A DNA stretch of 64,000 bases from positions 960,001 to 1,024,000 of the forward strand of contig JBGARZ010000001.1 in assembly GCA_044229975.1 (NCBI GenBank), in the 5' to 3' direction. Position numbers and translations under genes: made by a program. This DNA is from Polyangiales bacterium (GTDB taxonomy: Bacteria > Myxococcota_A > Polyangia > Polyangiales > Ga0077539). Under the pieces are notes generated by a model. That model was not told the origin of the DNA, made no database searches, and was given only the letters and a program-made list of their open reading frames with translations. Each line of letters begins with the position of its first letter. The stretch's first letter is position 1. Positions 49,837 through 60,169 of the stretch are shown here, in pieces.

Positions 49837-50961
49837 TCAGTCCGTGAGCAGCAGGTAGCCCGCGACGCGGTAGTACGGCTCGGTGTGCGTCGAGTCGTTG
49901 TAGTCGCAGGTCGTGCGGAAGACGCAGCCCGCGCAGGGCATCGCGCCCGGGCGGCAGGTGTTCGCCTGCTCTTCGACGTCGTACGCGACGGTATGGGAGC
50001 CGGGCGTCGGCGCGCCGAGGTCGACCACCCAGGGCGCCGCGATGTCACCGGGACACCAGCCCGCGCGCGACGGTTGCCAGTTGCCGCGCTGGGTGTTGAC
50101 CGGGTTGTCGGCGCAGTCGTCGCGCCACAGCGCGTGCTCGAAGCGCATCCCGTCGAAGACCACCGCGTGGGTGCGCGAGCAGAACTCCGCGCAGTTGTCC
50201 CGGTTGCCCTGTCCGTGACCGGTGGTGCTCACCCAGACCTTCGCGCCACCCGTCCCCGCGGGCACCTCGAAGGTCCGAGGGAGTAGCTGTGACGCCGCGC
50301 TGCGCTCCGGGTCGCCATAGACCATCCGCGACCACCCCAGCGGAACCACCGTGCGCGTCGGATGCTCGGCCACGCCGGGCTCGAAGGCGATGGAGGCGGT
50401 GACGAGCCAGCCGTTGCCCTGCGGATGACCGGGGCCCACCCACGTGTCGATGAACACCCGCACGCGCCGCTCACCGCGGAAGAGCGGCATGAGGTCGGAG
50501 ACGTCGAGCGTCCACGTTCCGCCGACGCCGTAGGGCGTGACGAAGCGCGCGAACTCGAGCTCGACGGGCGCACCACCATCGGGTGCGTCGTCGAGGATCG
50601 ACAGCGCCGCGACACGGTCCCACGCGTCGCAGCGACCCGATGGACACGCGAGGGTCAGCGTGAGGACGGCGCGAGCGTAACGACCCACGACCTCGTCGGG
50701 AAAGCGCGCGGTGCCGTCGACCGTGCGCCGGTTGTCAGAGCCGGTGAACGACACCTGGGTGCGCTCGAAGATCGATGTGGTCATCGGCTCAGCGGGCGGA
50801 AGCACCGTGGCATCGGGCGCGGCGACGTCGGGCGCCCCGACGTCCACGGCCTGCTGGATGTCCGTCGACGCATCGACCGTCGGCGTCGTCGGAGCAGCGT
50901 CGTTGCAACCGACCAGGAGAGCGAGCGCGGCGAGGCTTCGAAGGGCGAGGCGGGTCGTCAT
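49837..50961 (-). CDS. Peptide-N-glycosidase F-like lipoprotein
   Basis: Lipobox LVGC; CDAWDR, EFARFVTPYG, TTGHG, CAEFC, GNWQPSRAGWCPG. Confidence 0.88.
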   Translation of the reverse strand: MTTRLALRSLAALALLVGCNDAAPTTPTVDASTDIQQAVDVGAPDVAAPDATVLPPAEPMTTSIFERTQVSFTGSDNRRTVDGTARFPDEVVGRYARAVLTLTLACPSGRCDAWDRVAALSILDDAPDGGAPVELEFARFVTPYGVGGTWTLDVSDLMPLFRGERRVRVFIDTWVGPGHPQGNGWLVTASIAFEPGVAEHPTRTVVPLGWSRMVYGDPERSAASQLLPRTFEVPAGTGGAKVWVSTTGHGQGNRDNCAEFCSRTHAVVFDGMRFEHALWRDDCADNPVNTQRGNWQPSRAGWCPGDIAAPWVVDLGAPTPGSHTVAYDVEEQANTCRPGAMPCAGCVFRTTCDYNDSTHTEPYYRVAGYLLLTD

Positions 50962-50992
50962 GTCGTCGTAGCCCGCGAGTCTCTCGCGACGC

Positions 50993-51511
50993 CTACTGGA
51001 TCGCCACCGCGAAGCTGCGGCTCTCGGGAACGCAGTTTTCCGCCGAGCACACCGCGAAGCGCATGCGACCGAGCACCACCGTGCGGGCGCCGGCGCGCGT
51101 CACCGGCGCGACGAAGCGGGCGACGGCCTGGGTGTGCTCGGCGGCGTCGGCGCGGCGCATCGAGGGCTTCTCGGTGGAGCCGTCGCGCACTTCGAGTTCG
51201 AGGCTCGTGGGGTACAGCTCGTTGACGTGGAAGTGACCCGCGCCGTGGAGCTCGACGGCCAGGCTGGCCGGGGCGGTCGCGTTGGCGCCGGGGGTCAGGG
51301 CGGCGGTGAGGACGAAGCTGGGCTCGGTGATCTCCTGCCGCGGACCGCTGGCCTCGGCCGTGGGAGGAGGAGGAGGAGGAGGAGGAGGAGGAGGCGGAAC
51401 GTTGGCCGCACCGGGCTCCGGGGCGACCGCCGGGGCTGGCGGCGTCGGTGCGCGGTTGCAACCGAGAGCGAGGACGAGACCGATGGGCCCGAGGAGACGA
51501 TCGACGCGCAT
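50993..51511 (-). CDS. Small lipoprotein with poly-Pro linker and DsbD-N-like Ig domain
   Basis: Lipobox ALGC; 12 Pro in a row; GHFHVNELYP...FAVCSAENCVP. Confidence 0.75.
   Translation of the reverse strand: MRVDRLLGPIGLVLALGCNRAPTPPAPAVAPEPGAANVPPPPPPPPPPPPTAEASGPRQEITEPSFVLTAALTPGANATAPASLAVELHGAGHFHVNELYPTSLELEVRDGSTEKPSMRRADAAEHTQAVARFVAPVTRAGARTVVLGRMRFAVCSAENCVPESRSFAVAIQ
51363..51392. repeat. Perfect (GGA)10 trinucleotide microsatellite encoding poly-Pro on the minus strand
   Basis: Ten uninterrupted GGA units. Confidence 0.95.
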
Positions 51512-51645
51512 GATGGGCTCTGAACCTCTGAGGGTGGGGCGCTAGTTCGTACGGCCGTCACCTACCATGCGCGCGGCGACGCCTGCCAGCGGCGGGACGT
51601 TCTCAGTGGAGCCGATGGGCCCCACCGCGGTATCGCTCTCGATCG

Positions 51646-52229
51646 ATGTCGCCCCGGGCCCGGCTCTCCCTCGCACCGCTCGCGCTCGCCCTGGCGCTCG
51701 GCGGCTGCGCAGCCGCTCCCCGCTGCGGAACCTCCGTCGGCGGCGCGACCCTCCGCTGGGCCGACGCCCACCTCGACCCGGCCCGCTCCATCGTCACGCT
51801 CCCGCTCGTCTCCCAGGCCCCCTCCGCCCTCGACCCCTCGGCCGCGACGGTGCTTCTTCGCTTCGACCCGACGTCCCTCGGCGATGCCTCGGCCGTCGAC
51901 CGCGCCGCCCTCGTCCTCATCCCCTCCCCCGCCACGCCGCGAGAGCGCTGCGTGCTCTTGCGAGTGCGCGCCGTCGACGAGCCCTGGTCGGTCCCCGCGG
52001 TCTCCCGTGGCGAGCTCCCGGCGCTGTCGTCCGACGGGGTCGCCGAAGTCACGTTGCCTCCACAGCGGGTGCCGGTGCGCGTCGACGTCACGGCCCTGGT
52101 GAGGTCGCTCGGCCCGACGGGGCTCGCGCGGCGTGGCCTTGCGCTGACGGCGACAGAGGGTGGAGCGTCGTTTCGCGGATCGGGTACCCTCGCGCCCGAG
52201 GAGCGGCCCCGCATCGAGGTGTTGTTGCG

Positions 52230-52233
<4 letters not shown>
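51646..52233 (+). CDS. Hypothetical lipoprotein (DNRLRE/CBM96-like beta-sandwich)
   Basis: Lipobox LGGC; LLRFD...VDRAALVL...VDEPW...VDVTALV...RPRIEV. The stop overlaps the kinase ATG. Confidence 0.7.
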
Positions 52234-53419
<1,186 letters not shown>

Positions 53420-53423
<4 letters not shown>

Positions 53424-54247
53424 GACCCGCCCTCCTCCTTGCGCTCCTCGTCGGATGCGCGTCTCGCACCCCACAGCCGCGCGCCGCCGCGTCCCCTCTC
53501 GACGCCGCCCTGCCCACCGTCGCGGCCACCGACGCCACGATCATGAGCGACGCCTGCGGTGCACTGCGCCCCGGCACCGCGTGTCTACCCGGCGGCCTCG
53601 CGCTCCTCGGCGCCGTCGGCAGCGAGGATCACTTCGAGCTTCGACCGCCTCGCGCCGCGCGCGTGCGCACCGTCGCCATCGACGTCACCGAGGTGTCGGC
53701 CGGCCGCTACCGGCGATGCGTCGCCGCGGGGCGTTGCTCGGCGCTCCCCGACGACGTCGCCGACGACGCGCCCGCGTCGCGCGTCGCGTGGACCGATGCC
53801 CGCAACTGCTGTGCGTTTCTGGGCGGGCGACTGCCCACCGAGGCCGAGTGGCAGCGCGCTGCGGGTGGCCTGCTCGACGACAACCGCAGCGACGAGACCC
53901 TCGGCCGCGAGCCCACCCCGGAAGGCGTGCGCGACCTCCTCGGCGGTGTCTCCGAGTGGGTCGACGACCCCGGTGATTTCTTCCCGCCGCTGCCACGTCT
54001 TCCATCGCCCGATGCCAGCGTGGGGGATGCGTCGTTCGAGGATGTTCCGCCGCGCACCGACGGCGGGCTCTTCATCGTCGACGACCCGCGCGGCCCGTCG
54101 CGCTCACCCTGGCGGGTCATCCGCGGGCGCTCGGCCACCCAGCGCATCTTCCGACTGCCCACCGACGCGCTCCCGAGCGTCGGCTTTCGCTGCGTCTACG
54201 ACCCCGCGTCACCCTCGCCGGGCGGCCCGACGCGCCCGTACTCGTGA
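53420..54247 (+). CDS. FGE-sulfatase (SUMF1-like) domain lipoprotein, degenerate
   Basis: GTGA overlap; lipobox LVGC; IDVTEVS, RLPTEAEWQRAA, GGVSEWV, GFRC. Confidence 0.85.
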
Positions 54248-55593
54248 AGCTTGTACTGAATCTTTCGCGGTGAGACGCCGAGGATCTTCGCCGCCTTCGA
54301 GGTGCTCCCGCCGACGGCGCGCAGCGTCTCCAGGATGGCGTAGCGCTCCAGCTCCGCGATGCTCGTGCCCGGAATCACCGGCCGCCCTTCGCCATCCTTC
54401 GCGCGCGCCACGCCGACGGTCATCGGACCCGGCAGGTGGTCGACCTCGATGCGCTCGCCGCGGCACAGCACCACCGCGCGCTCCACGGCGTGTTCGAGCT
54501 CGCGCACGTTGCCCGGCCACGGCCACGCCGACAGCCGCTGCATCGCCTCGTCGCTGAAGGCCGTGATGCGCTTGCCGTTCTCCTGCGCGTAGCGGCGCAG
54601 GAAGAAGCCCGCGAGCAGCGGAACGTCCGACGGCCGGTCGCGCAGCGGCGGCAGGTCGAGGCGAATCACGTTGAGGCGGTAGAAGAGGTCTTCGCGGAAG
54701 GCGCCACGTCGCACGCGCTCTTCGAGGTCGACGTTGGTCGCGGCCACCACGCGAACGTCCACCTTGAGCGTCTCGTTGCCACCCACGCGCTCGAACTCCC
54801 GCTCTTGCAGAAAGCGCAGCAGCTTCACCTGCGTCGCGGCAGGAATCTCGCCCACCTCGTCGAGGAAGAGCGTCCCCCCGTCGGCCTGCTTGAAGCGACC
54901 CTCGCGGCGACCCACCGCGCCCGTGAACGCACCGCGCTCGTGGCCGAACAGCTCGCTCTCCAGCAGCGACTCCGACAGCGCCGCGCAGTTGAGCCGCACC
55001 AGCGGCTCCTTCGCGCGCGTCGAGGCCCGGTGCAGCGCCGCGGCGACGAGCTCCTTGCCCGTCCCGCTCTCGCCGATGATGAGCACGCTCGACCGCGACG
55101 GCGCCACCTGCGCGACCGTCTCCAGCAGCGCCTTCATCCGCGGGTGCTCGCCGATGATGTGACCGAAGGCGTTGCGCTCGCGCAGGCGTTCGCGCAGCAC
55201 GGCGGCCTCGGCCATGAGCCTCGCCTTGTCCATCGCGCGCTCGATCACCGCCACGAGGCTCGACGGTTCGAGCGGCTTGGTGAGGTAGTTCTCGGCGCCG
55301 AGCTTGATGGCCTCCACCGCCGAGTCGATGGTGCCAAACGCGGTCATCACCACGAGCACCGTCGAGGGCGACGCCGCGCGCGCCTCCTTCAAGAGCCCGA
55401 GCCCATCGAGGCCGGGCATCTTCAGGTCCGTCAGGATGAGGTCGGGGCCAAAGCCCCCGAGCTTGCCCAGCGCCTTGAACCCGTCGGCGGCGGTCTCGGT
55501 CTCGTAGCCCTCCTCCCGCAAGATCTCCGACAGCGCCGCCCGCGCGTTGGCCTCGTCGTCCACGATCAGGATGCGCCCACGGCTCTCGGTCAT
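54196..55593 (-). CDS. Sigma-54-dependent response regulator (NtrC family)
   Basis: Receiver ILIVDDE...TDLKMP; GESGTGKE; ESELFGHERGAFTGA; LFLDEVG; WPGNVRELE; C-terminal HTH. Confidence 0.96.
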   Translation of the reverse strand: MTESRGRILIVDDEANARAALSEILREEGYETETAADGFKALGKLGGFGPDLILTDLKMPGLDGLGLLKEARAASPSTVLVVMTAFGTIDSAVEAIKLGAENYLTKPLEPSSLVAVIERAMDKARLMAEAAVLRERLRERNAFGHIIGEHPRMKALLETVAQVAPSRSSVLIIGESGTGKELVAAALHRASTRAKEPLVRLNCAALSESLLESELFGHERGAFTGAVGRREGRFKQADGGTLFLDEVGEIPAATQVKLLRFLQEREFERVGGNETLKVDVRVVAATNVDLEERVRRGAFREDLFYRLNVIRLDLPPLRDRPSDVPLLAGFFLRRYAQENGKRITAFSDEAMQRLSAWPWPGNVRELEHAVERAVVLCRGERIEVDHLPGPMTVGVARAKDGEGRPVIPGTSIAELERYAILETLRAVGGSTSKAAKILGVSPRKIQYKLHEYGRVGPPGEGDAGS

Positions 55594-55649
55594 CATCGCT
55601 GACCGGACTCTAAACCCCTCGCGGGCCCGTGGTAGTACAGCCTCGCGTC

Positions 55650-55889
55650 ATGGACGACTCCCCCGAAGACCCGCCCGTCGTGTCCACCGGCTCCGTCGAC
55701 GAGTCCACGCTCCTCCCCGTCGAGCGCGACCGGCGCTTCCTCGTGCGCCTCGTGCTCGCGCTGCTCGTCGGCCTCATCGCCGCGTCCTTCGTCGCGATGA
55801 AGCTGCGCAGCGCGGCGGGTGCGTGCGGCGCGGGGCTCATCCGGCCGGGCAGCACCGTCATCCCGCCGCGGCCGTCACAGGGTCGGTAG
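55650..55889 (+). CDS. Small single-pass membrane protein
   Basis: 79 aa; acidic N-terminus, then RRFLVRLVLALLVGLIAASFV; fills the gap between two minus-strand genes. Confidence 0.6.
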   Translation: MDDSPEDPPVVSTGSVDESTLLPVERDRRFLVRLVLALLVGLIAASFVAMKLRSAAGACGAGLIRPGSTVIPPRPSQGR

Positions 55890-56774
55890 CACCTCGGTGA
55901 GCGCCGCCTGGAGGGCGCGCGCGTCGGCGTAGCGGCGAGACGGATCACGCTCCAGACACCGACGAACGATGGCCCAGGTGTTGGGCCCCAGAAGACCCTG
56001 GTCGAGCAGCGACGCGGGATCCTGCGAGGCGATCTGGAAGAGCACCGCGACGAGCGTCGGCGCGTCCTCCCCAAACGGAACGCGCCCCGACACGATCTCG
56101 TAGAGCATCACGCCGAGGCCCCAGACGTCCGCGCGGGCGTCGACCACCTTGGCCTCGGTGAAGGCTTCGGGCGCCATGTACGAGGGCGTCCCCATGATGT
56201 CGAGCGAGCGCGTGACCCGCGAGTCGGCGAGCTGCGCGATGCCGAAATCGAGCACCTTCGGCACCACCCCGTCGGGCGTCTCGGCGAGGAAGATGTTCTC
56301 GGGCTTCAGGTCACGATGGACGACGCCCGCTTCGTGGGCGCAGGCGATGGCGTCGACCACCGGCAGCACCAGCGGCGCCGCGTCGGAGAGGGTCATGCGT
56401 CGCTCGGGCACGCGCTGGAGCAGGTCGAAGAGCGTCTCCCCGCGCAGGTACTCCTGCACGATGAACACGCCCCCCGTCGGGTCGCGCCCGACGTCGATGC
56501 AGGCCACCACGTTGGGGTGCGGAACGCCCCCGCGCTGCACCCGGTTGGTCACAGGCGCCTCGCGCACGAAGCGCTGCAACGTCGCCTCTTCGCCCTCCCC
56601 GTCGCCGTGCAGCACCTTCACCGCGAACTCCCGCCCCGACCAGGTGTTGGTCGCGCGGAAGACGGCCCCCGTGGCGCCGAAGCCGAGCAGCGCGTCGAGG
56701 CGATACTTCGAGTCCAGCACCGTGCCGATCTTCTTCGCCGATTCTTGCTGGAGGCGTTCCCTGCTCGCTGACAT
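55875..56774 (-). CDS. Ser/Thr protein kinase (catalytic domain only)
   Basis: LGFGATGAVF, AVK, HRDLKPEN, DFG, GTPSYMAPE, DVWGLG. Confidence 0.95.
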   Translation of the reverse strand: MSASRERLQQESAKKIGTVLDSKYRLDALLGFGATGAVFRATNTWSGREFAVKVLHGDGEGEEATLQRFVREAPVTNRVQRGGVPHPNVVACIDVGRDPTGGVFIVQEYLRGETLFDLLQRVPERRMTLSDAAPLVLPVVDAIACAHEAGVVHRDLKPENIFLAETPDGVVPKVLDFGIAQLADSRVTRSLDIMGTPSYMAPEAFTEAKVVDARADVWGLGVMLYEIVSGRVPFGEDAPTLVAVLFQIASQDPASLLDQGLLGPNTWAIVRRCLERDPSRRYADARALQAALTEVLPTL

Positions 56775-56825
56775 CGGGTCCTTCGCGGAGGCTGTTGAGG
56801 GGACAGAAGGGTCGGAGGCGGAGGT

Positions 56826-58886
56826 CTACTCGCTCGACCAGCTCACGCCGTACTGCGACGCGGGCGAGGCGGGCGTCGCCGCGGGCCCCGCGGGCGTCGC
56901 GCTCACCGCGGAGGCAGCGCTCACCGCGGGCCGCGGGTAGCGCGCGTTCGTGGGCCAGGCGAGGTAGCGCGGAGCATCGGGCGAGGCCACCCCCACGTCG
57001 TAGCGCAGGAGCAATGGGAGCGCGGCGCCGGGGCCGTTGCGTGAGCGCAGGCGGGCGCACTCCTCGTCGGACAGACGCTTCGGTCCCGCGACGGTGCCGA
57101 GGCTGGCGTCGGCGTCCATCAAGAGCCACGGACGATCGGGGCCCATGTTGTCGGGGTGCCACGGCTGATCGAGCAGGATGTGCCCCGCCTCGTGCGACTG
57201 CGTCCACGCCTCCCGCTCTGCCGCGATGCCCGCGCGGTCGACGAGAAACCCGTTGCCGATGGAGCCGCCGTCGCCGCGCACGAAGGCCTCGCCGATGCGC
57301 GTGCCGCGGGAGAAGCGGTTGATGACGATCATCTCCATGGTGCCCGGATCATCGTCCATCAGCGCCTTGATGAGCCCGCGCTCTTCGAGGGTTCCGGCCA
57401 CGCTGTTCTGGTTGTTGAACTCCTCGATGCCGTCGCTGAAGTCCACCACCGCGAGCTCGGCCCGCTGCGCGAGGTCGGTGCTCAGCGCCCGCCCCGGAAC
57501 GGCCGACAACGTCGTCCATCGCCCTGCGCGATCGAGCACCAGCACGTCCGCGCTCGGCAGCGCCCCGTAGGTCGTCCGCGGGTTGCTCGTCACGCGCGCC
57601 GTGTACCCGCGTGCCCGCAGCGCATCACCCACCGCCATCGCCGTGTCGATGGGTCGCCAGCCCGCGCGCGTCACGACGGGCGGCAGCGCGACGCCGTTGA
57701 CCCGCAGGCTCACCTGTCCGCCAGAGGCCCGCGCCCCGTCATCGTCGCCGAAGGAGATGAGCGTTGGCGTCGGCGGATCGACCACCCGCGCGACGTCCGC
57801 CATCGGGTCGCCCCAGGTCACGGCGCACTGCGAGTAGATCTCGTTGGCGAGCGTCACCTGCCGACGCCCGATGTCGAGCGCCGCGGCCTCCGTCGCGCCC
57901 ACCAGCGGAACCCCTCCGCTCGCCAGCGATCGGTTGCGCAGCACCAGCACCCGCGCCCGCACGCGCCGCGCCGCCCGGGGTCCGTCCTCGCGGCCGGGGC
58001 GACCCACGCGCACCTCCGTCGTCGCCTCGCCCGCCACGCCCTCGCGCCGGTAGTGCACCCGCACCCGATCGCGCAGCGCCACCCGCAGCGTCTGTGACTC
58101 CACGCCGGGCGCCCGCTGGTCGACCTCGTCGCCCACCAGCCGCACATAGCCCGAACGCCACGGCACGGCGTCCCCCGGCCGCTGCATCGCCACCTCGGCG
58201 AGGCGTGCCCGCAGCGCGCCGGGCTCGCGCGCAAACGACGCCTCGGTGCCGACGCTCTCCCAGCGCACCGACGCGCGGGGCGCGGGCGAAGGGTCCCACA
58301 CCTCGGCGCGGATGTTTTCGACGTCGGGCGAGCGCTCATCCCAGCGCGCACGGCGCGGGAGCGTGTCGTCGTTGGTCACCTGCCGCGAGAGCCCCACGGC
58401 GTCGCGGTGCGCGTACACCGGCTCGTTGTCCCCTCGCAGCACCGCCACCGCGACGACGGTCACCGCCACCCGCCAGCGCTGCGACCCGGCGACCACCTCC
58501 ACCGAGGCGTCATCGGCCGCCGTGCTCGCCGTGACCCCGACCAGCTCCACGGACGCGATGCCACGCCGCACCGGGACGTTGGCGCGCTCGACCAGCACAC
58601 CGTTCGCGTCACGCAGGCGAAGTCCACCGGTCACGCTCACTGCCACGGCGCCGGTCGGAATACCCACCACGGTAAACGCGACCCGCGACGGGTCTTCGGC
58701 GAGCACCGATTGCTGGGAGTCAGGCACGCCGTCATCGTCGCGGTCGTCGTCGGACAGGGCGACGATGGCGCGCGCGGGCGCCGACTCGCCGGTGCTCCAG
58801 CGCAGGCCGGGCGCGACCTGCGCCGAGGCGAGCGCGCTGTGACCGAGGACGGCGACGAGTGCCGCGAGGCAGGGGGCGAGACGCAT
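56826..58886 (-). CDS. Secreted putative zinc metalloprotease (metzincin-like) with N-terminal Asp-rich Ig-like region
   Basis: Signal peptide MRLAPCLAALVAV...ASA; SHEAGHILLDQPWH followed by LLM (Met-turn-like); N-terminal SDDDRDDDGVPD. Confidence 0.72.
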   Translation of the reverse strand: MRLAPCLAALVAVLGHSALASAQVAPGLRWSTGESAPARAIVALSDDDRDDDGVPDSQQSVLAEDPSRVAFTVVGIPTGAVAVSVTGGLRLRDANGVLVERANVPVRRGIASVELVGVTASTAADDASVEVVAGSQRWRVAVTVVAVAVLRGDNEPVYAHRDAVGLSRQVTNDDTLPRRARWDERSPDVENIRAEVWDPSPAPRASVRWESVGTEASFAREPGALRARLAEVAMQRPGDAVPWRSGYVRLVGDEVDQRAPGVESQTLRVALRDRVRVHYRREGVAGEATTEVRVGRPGREDGPRAARRVRARVLVLRNRSLASGGVPLVGATEAAALDIGRRQVTLANEIYSQCAVTWGDPMADVARVVDPPTPTLISFGDDDGARASGGQVSLRVNGVALPPVVTRAGWRPIDTAMAVGDALRARGYTARVTSNPRTTYGALPSADVLVLDRAGRWTTLSAVPGRALSTDLAQRAELAVVDFSDGIEEFNNQNSVAGTLEERGLIKALMDDDPGTMEMIVINRFSRGTRIGEAFVRGDGGSIGNGFLVDRAGIAAEREAWTQSHEAGHILLDQPWHPDNMGPDRPWLLMDADASLGTVAGPKRLSDEECARLRSRNGPGAALPLLLRYDVGVASPDAPRYLAWPTNARYPRPAVSAASAVSATPAGPAATPASPASQYGVSWSSE

Positions 58887-58972
58887 CGCCCTCGAACATA
58901 CCGCGGACCGTGGCGCCGACGTCATGGCGCTTGCAGACCGAGGGGGCGCGGGTGTAGCGACGCACCGCAGAT

Positions 58973-59375
58973 GGAGAGGAGCGGACGCTCGCTGGCGGTC
59001 TCCCGGTAGACTGCGAGAGGAAAGTCCGAGCTCCTAAGGGCAGGATGCTGGCTAACGGCCAGTGGGAGCGATCCCGAGGACAGTGCAACAGAGAACAGAC
59101 CGCCGCCCGCCGATGAGGCCGAGCGGTAAGGGTGAAACGGTGGGGTAAGAGCCCACCGCGGCGCTGGCGACAGCGACGGCACGGCAAACCCCATCCGGAG
59201 CAAGACCCAATATGGAAGCGATGCGGCGTCAAAAACCGTGAGAGACCCATGAGCCCGGTCGATGCTTCCGGGTTGGTCGCTAGAGGCGCCGGGCAACCGG
59301 CGTCGTAGAAGAATGAGCGTCACCGCGCGGGGAGCGATCGCCGCGCGGGACAGAACTCGGCTTACAGCCCTCTCC
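58973..59375 (+). ncRNA. rnpB: Ribonuclease P RNA (bacterial type A)
   Basis: GAGGAAAGTCCGAGCTCC, AGTGCAACAGAG, GGGTGAAACGG...GGTAAGAG, GGCAAACCCC...GAGCAAG, ACAGAACTCGGCTTA; P1 helix GGAGAGG/CCTCTCC. Confidence 0.97.
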
Positions 59376-59379
59376 ATCT

Positions 59380-59428
59380 CCGACGGCGCCCCGCCCACCT
59401 CGACCGGTGCGCGGGGCGTCGGCGGTTT
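59380..59428 (+). terminator. GC-rich hairpin after rnpB (possible intrinsic terminator)
   Basis: GGCGCCCCGC...GCGGGGCGTC stem followed by only a weak T run. Confidence 0.4.
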
Positions 59429-59538
59429 GGGGGCCTTCCAACGGGCGGGCGGACGGTGTTACCGAGTCGCCAACCGCGGCGTAGGACGGCGCGATCCGCG
59501 CCTCCAGCACTCCCCCCCAGGAAGGACCACTCCCCCCA

Positions 59539-60165
59539 ATGCTGACCATCTACGGAAACCCGATGAGCACCTGTACCCGGAAGGTGCTCTGCACCCTCGC
59601 GGAGAAGAACGCCCCCTTTGAGTTCAGCGTCGTCGACTTCGCGACGGGCCAGCACAAGCAGCCCGCCCACCTGGCGCATCAGCCGTTCGGGCAGGTTCCG
59701 GCCATCGACGATGGCGGCTTCCAGATGTACGAGTCGCGCGCCATCTGCCGCTACCTCGACGAGACCCGCGACGGCGCGAAGCTCACGCCCGCCGACGCCC
59801 AGGGCCGCGCCGCCATGGAGCAGTGGATCAGCGTCGAGACCTCCAACTTCGCCCCCCAGGCGATGAAGATCATCGGGCAGCTCATCATGGTCGCGATGCG
59901 CGGCGGCACCCCCGACATGAAGATCGTCGAGCAGGGTCGCGAGGGCGTCACCAAGGCCGTCGTCGTCCTCGACGCGCACCTCGCCGGTCGCTCGTATCTC
60001 GTGGGCGACAGCTTCACCCTCGCGGACATCTGCTACCTCCCGTACATCGAGTACCTCTTCGCCTGCGGGCAGGGCGACCTCATCACCAGCCACGCCAACG
60101 TCAACGCGTGGTGGGAGCGATGCAGCGCCCGCCCCTCGTGGCGCAAGGCAGCCGGCAAGGCCTGA
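59539..60165 (+). CDS. Glutathione S-transferase (Phi-like)
   Basis: STCTRKV, HKQPAHLAHQPFGQVPA, YESRAICRY, YLVGDSFTLADI, ARPSW. Confidence 0.93.
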   Translation: MLTIYGNPMSTCTRKVLCTLAEKNAPFEFSVVDFATGQHKQPAHLAHQPFGQVPAIDDGGFQMYESRAICRYLDETRDGAKLTPADAQGRAAMEQWISVETSNFAPQAMKIIGQLIMVAMRGGTPDMKIVEQGREGVTKAVVVLDAHLAGRSYLVGDSFTLADICYLPYIEYLFACGQGDLITSHANVNAWWERCSARPSWRKAAGKA

Positions 60166-60169
60166 TCGC

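Noticed and set aside
51567..52229. N-terminal extension of the kinase ORF suggested by the ORF track
   Set aside because: It is low-complexity Arg-rich text. The region is better explained by the lipoprotein at 51646-52233, whose stop overlaps the true kinase ATG.
58931..58960. TTGCAG-N18-TAGCGA as the rnpB promoter
   Set aside because: The position is plausible, but the -10 match is too weak to call.
58732..59621. ORFs overlapping 58.9-59.4 kb
   Set aside because: They are spurious translations of the RNase P RNA gene.
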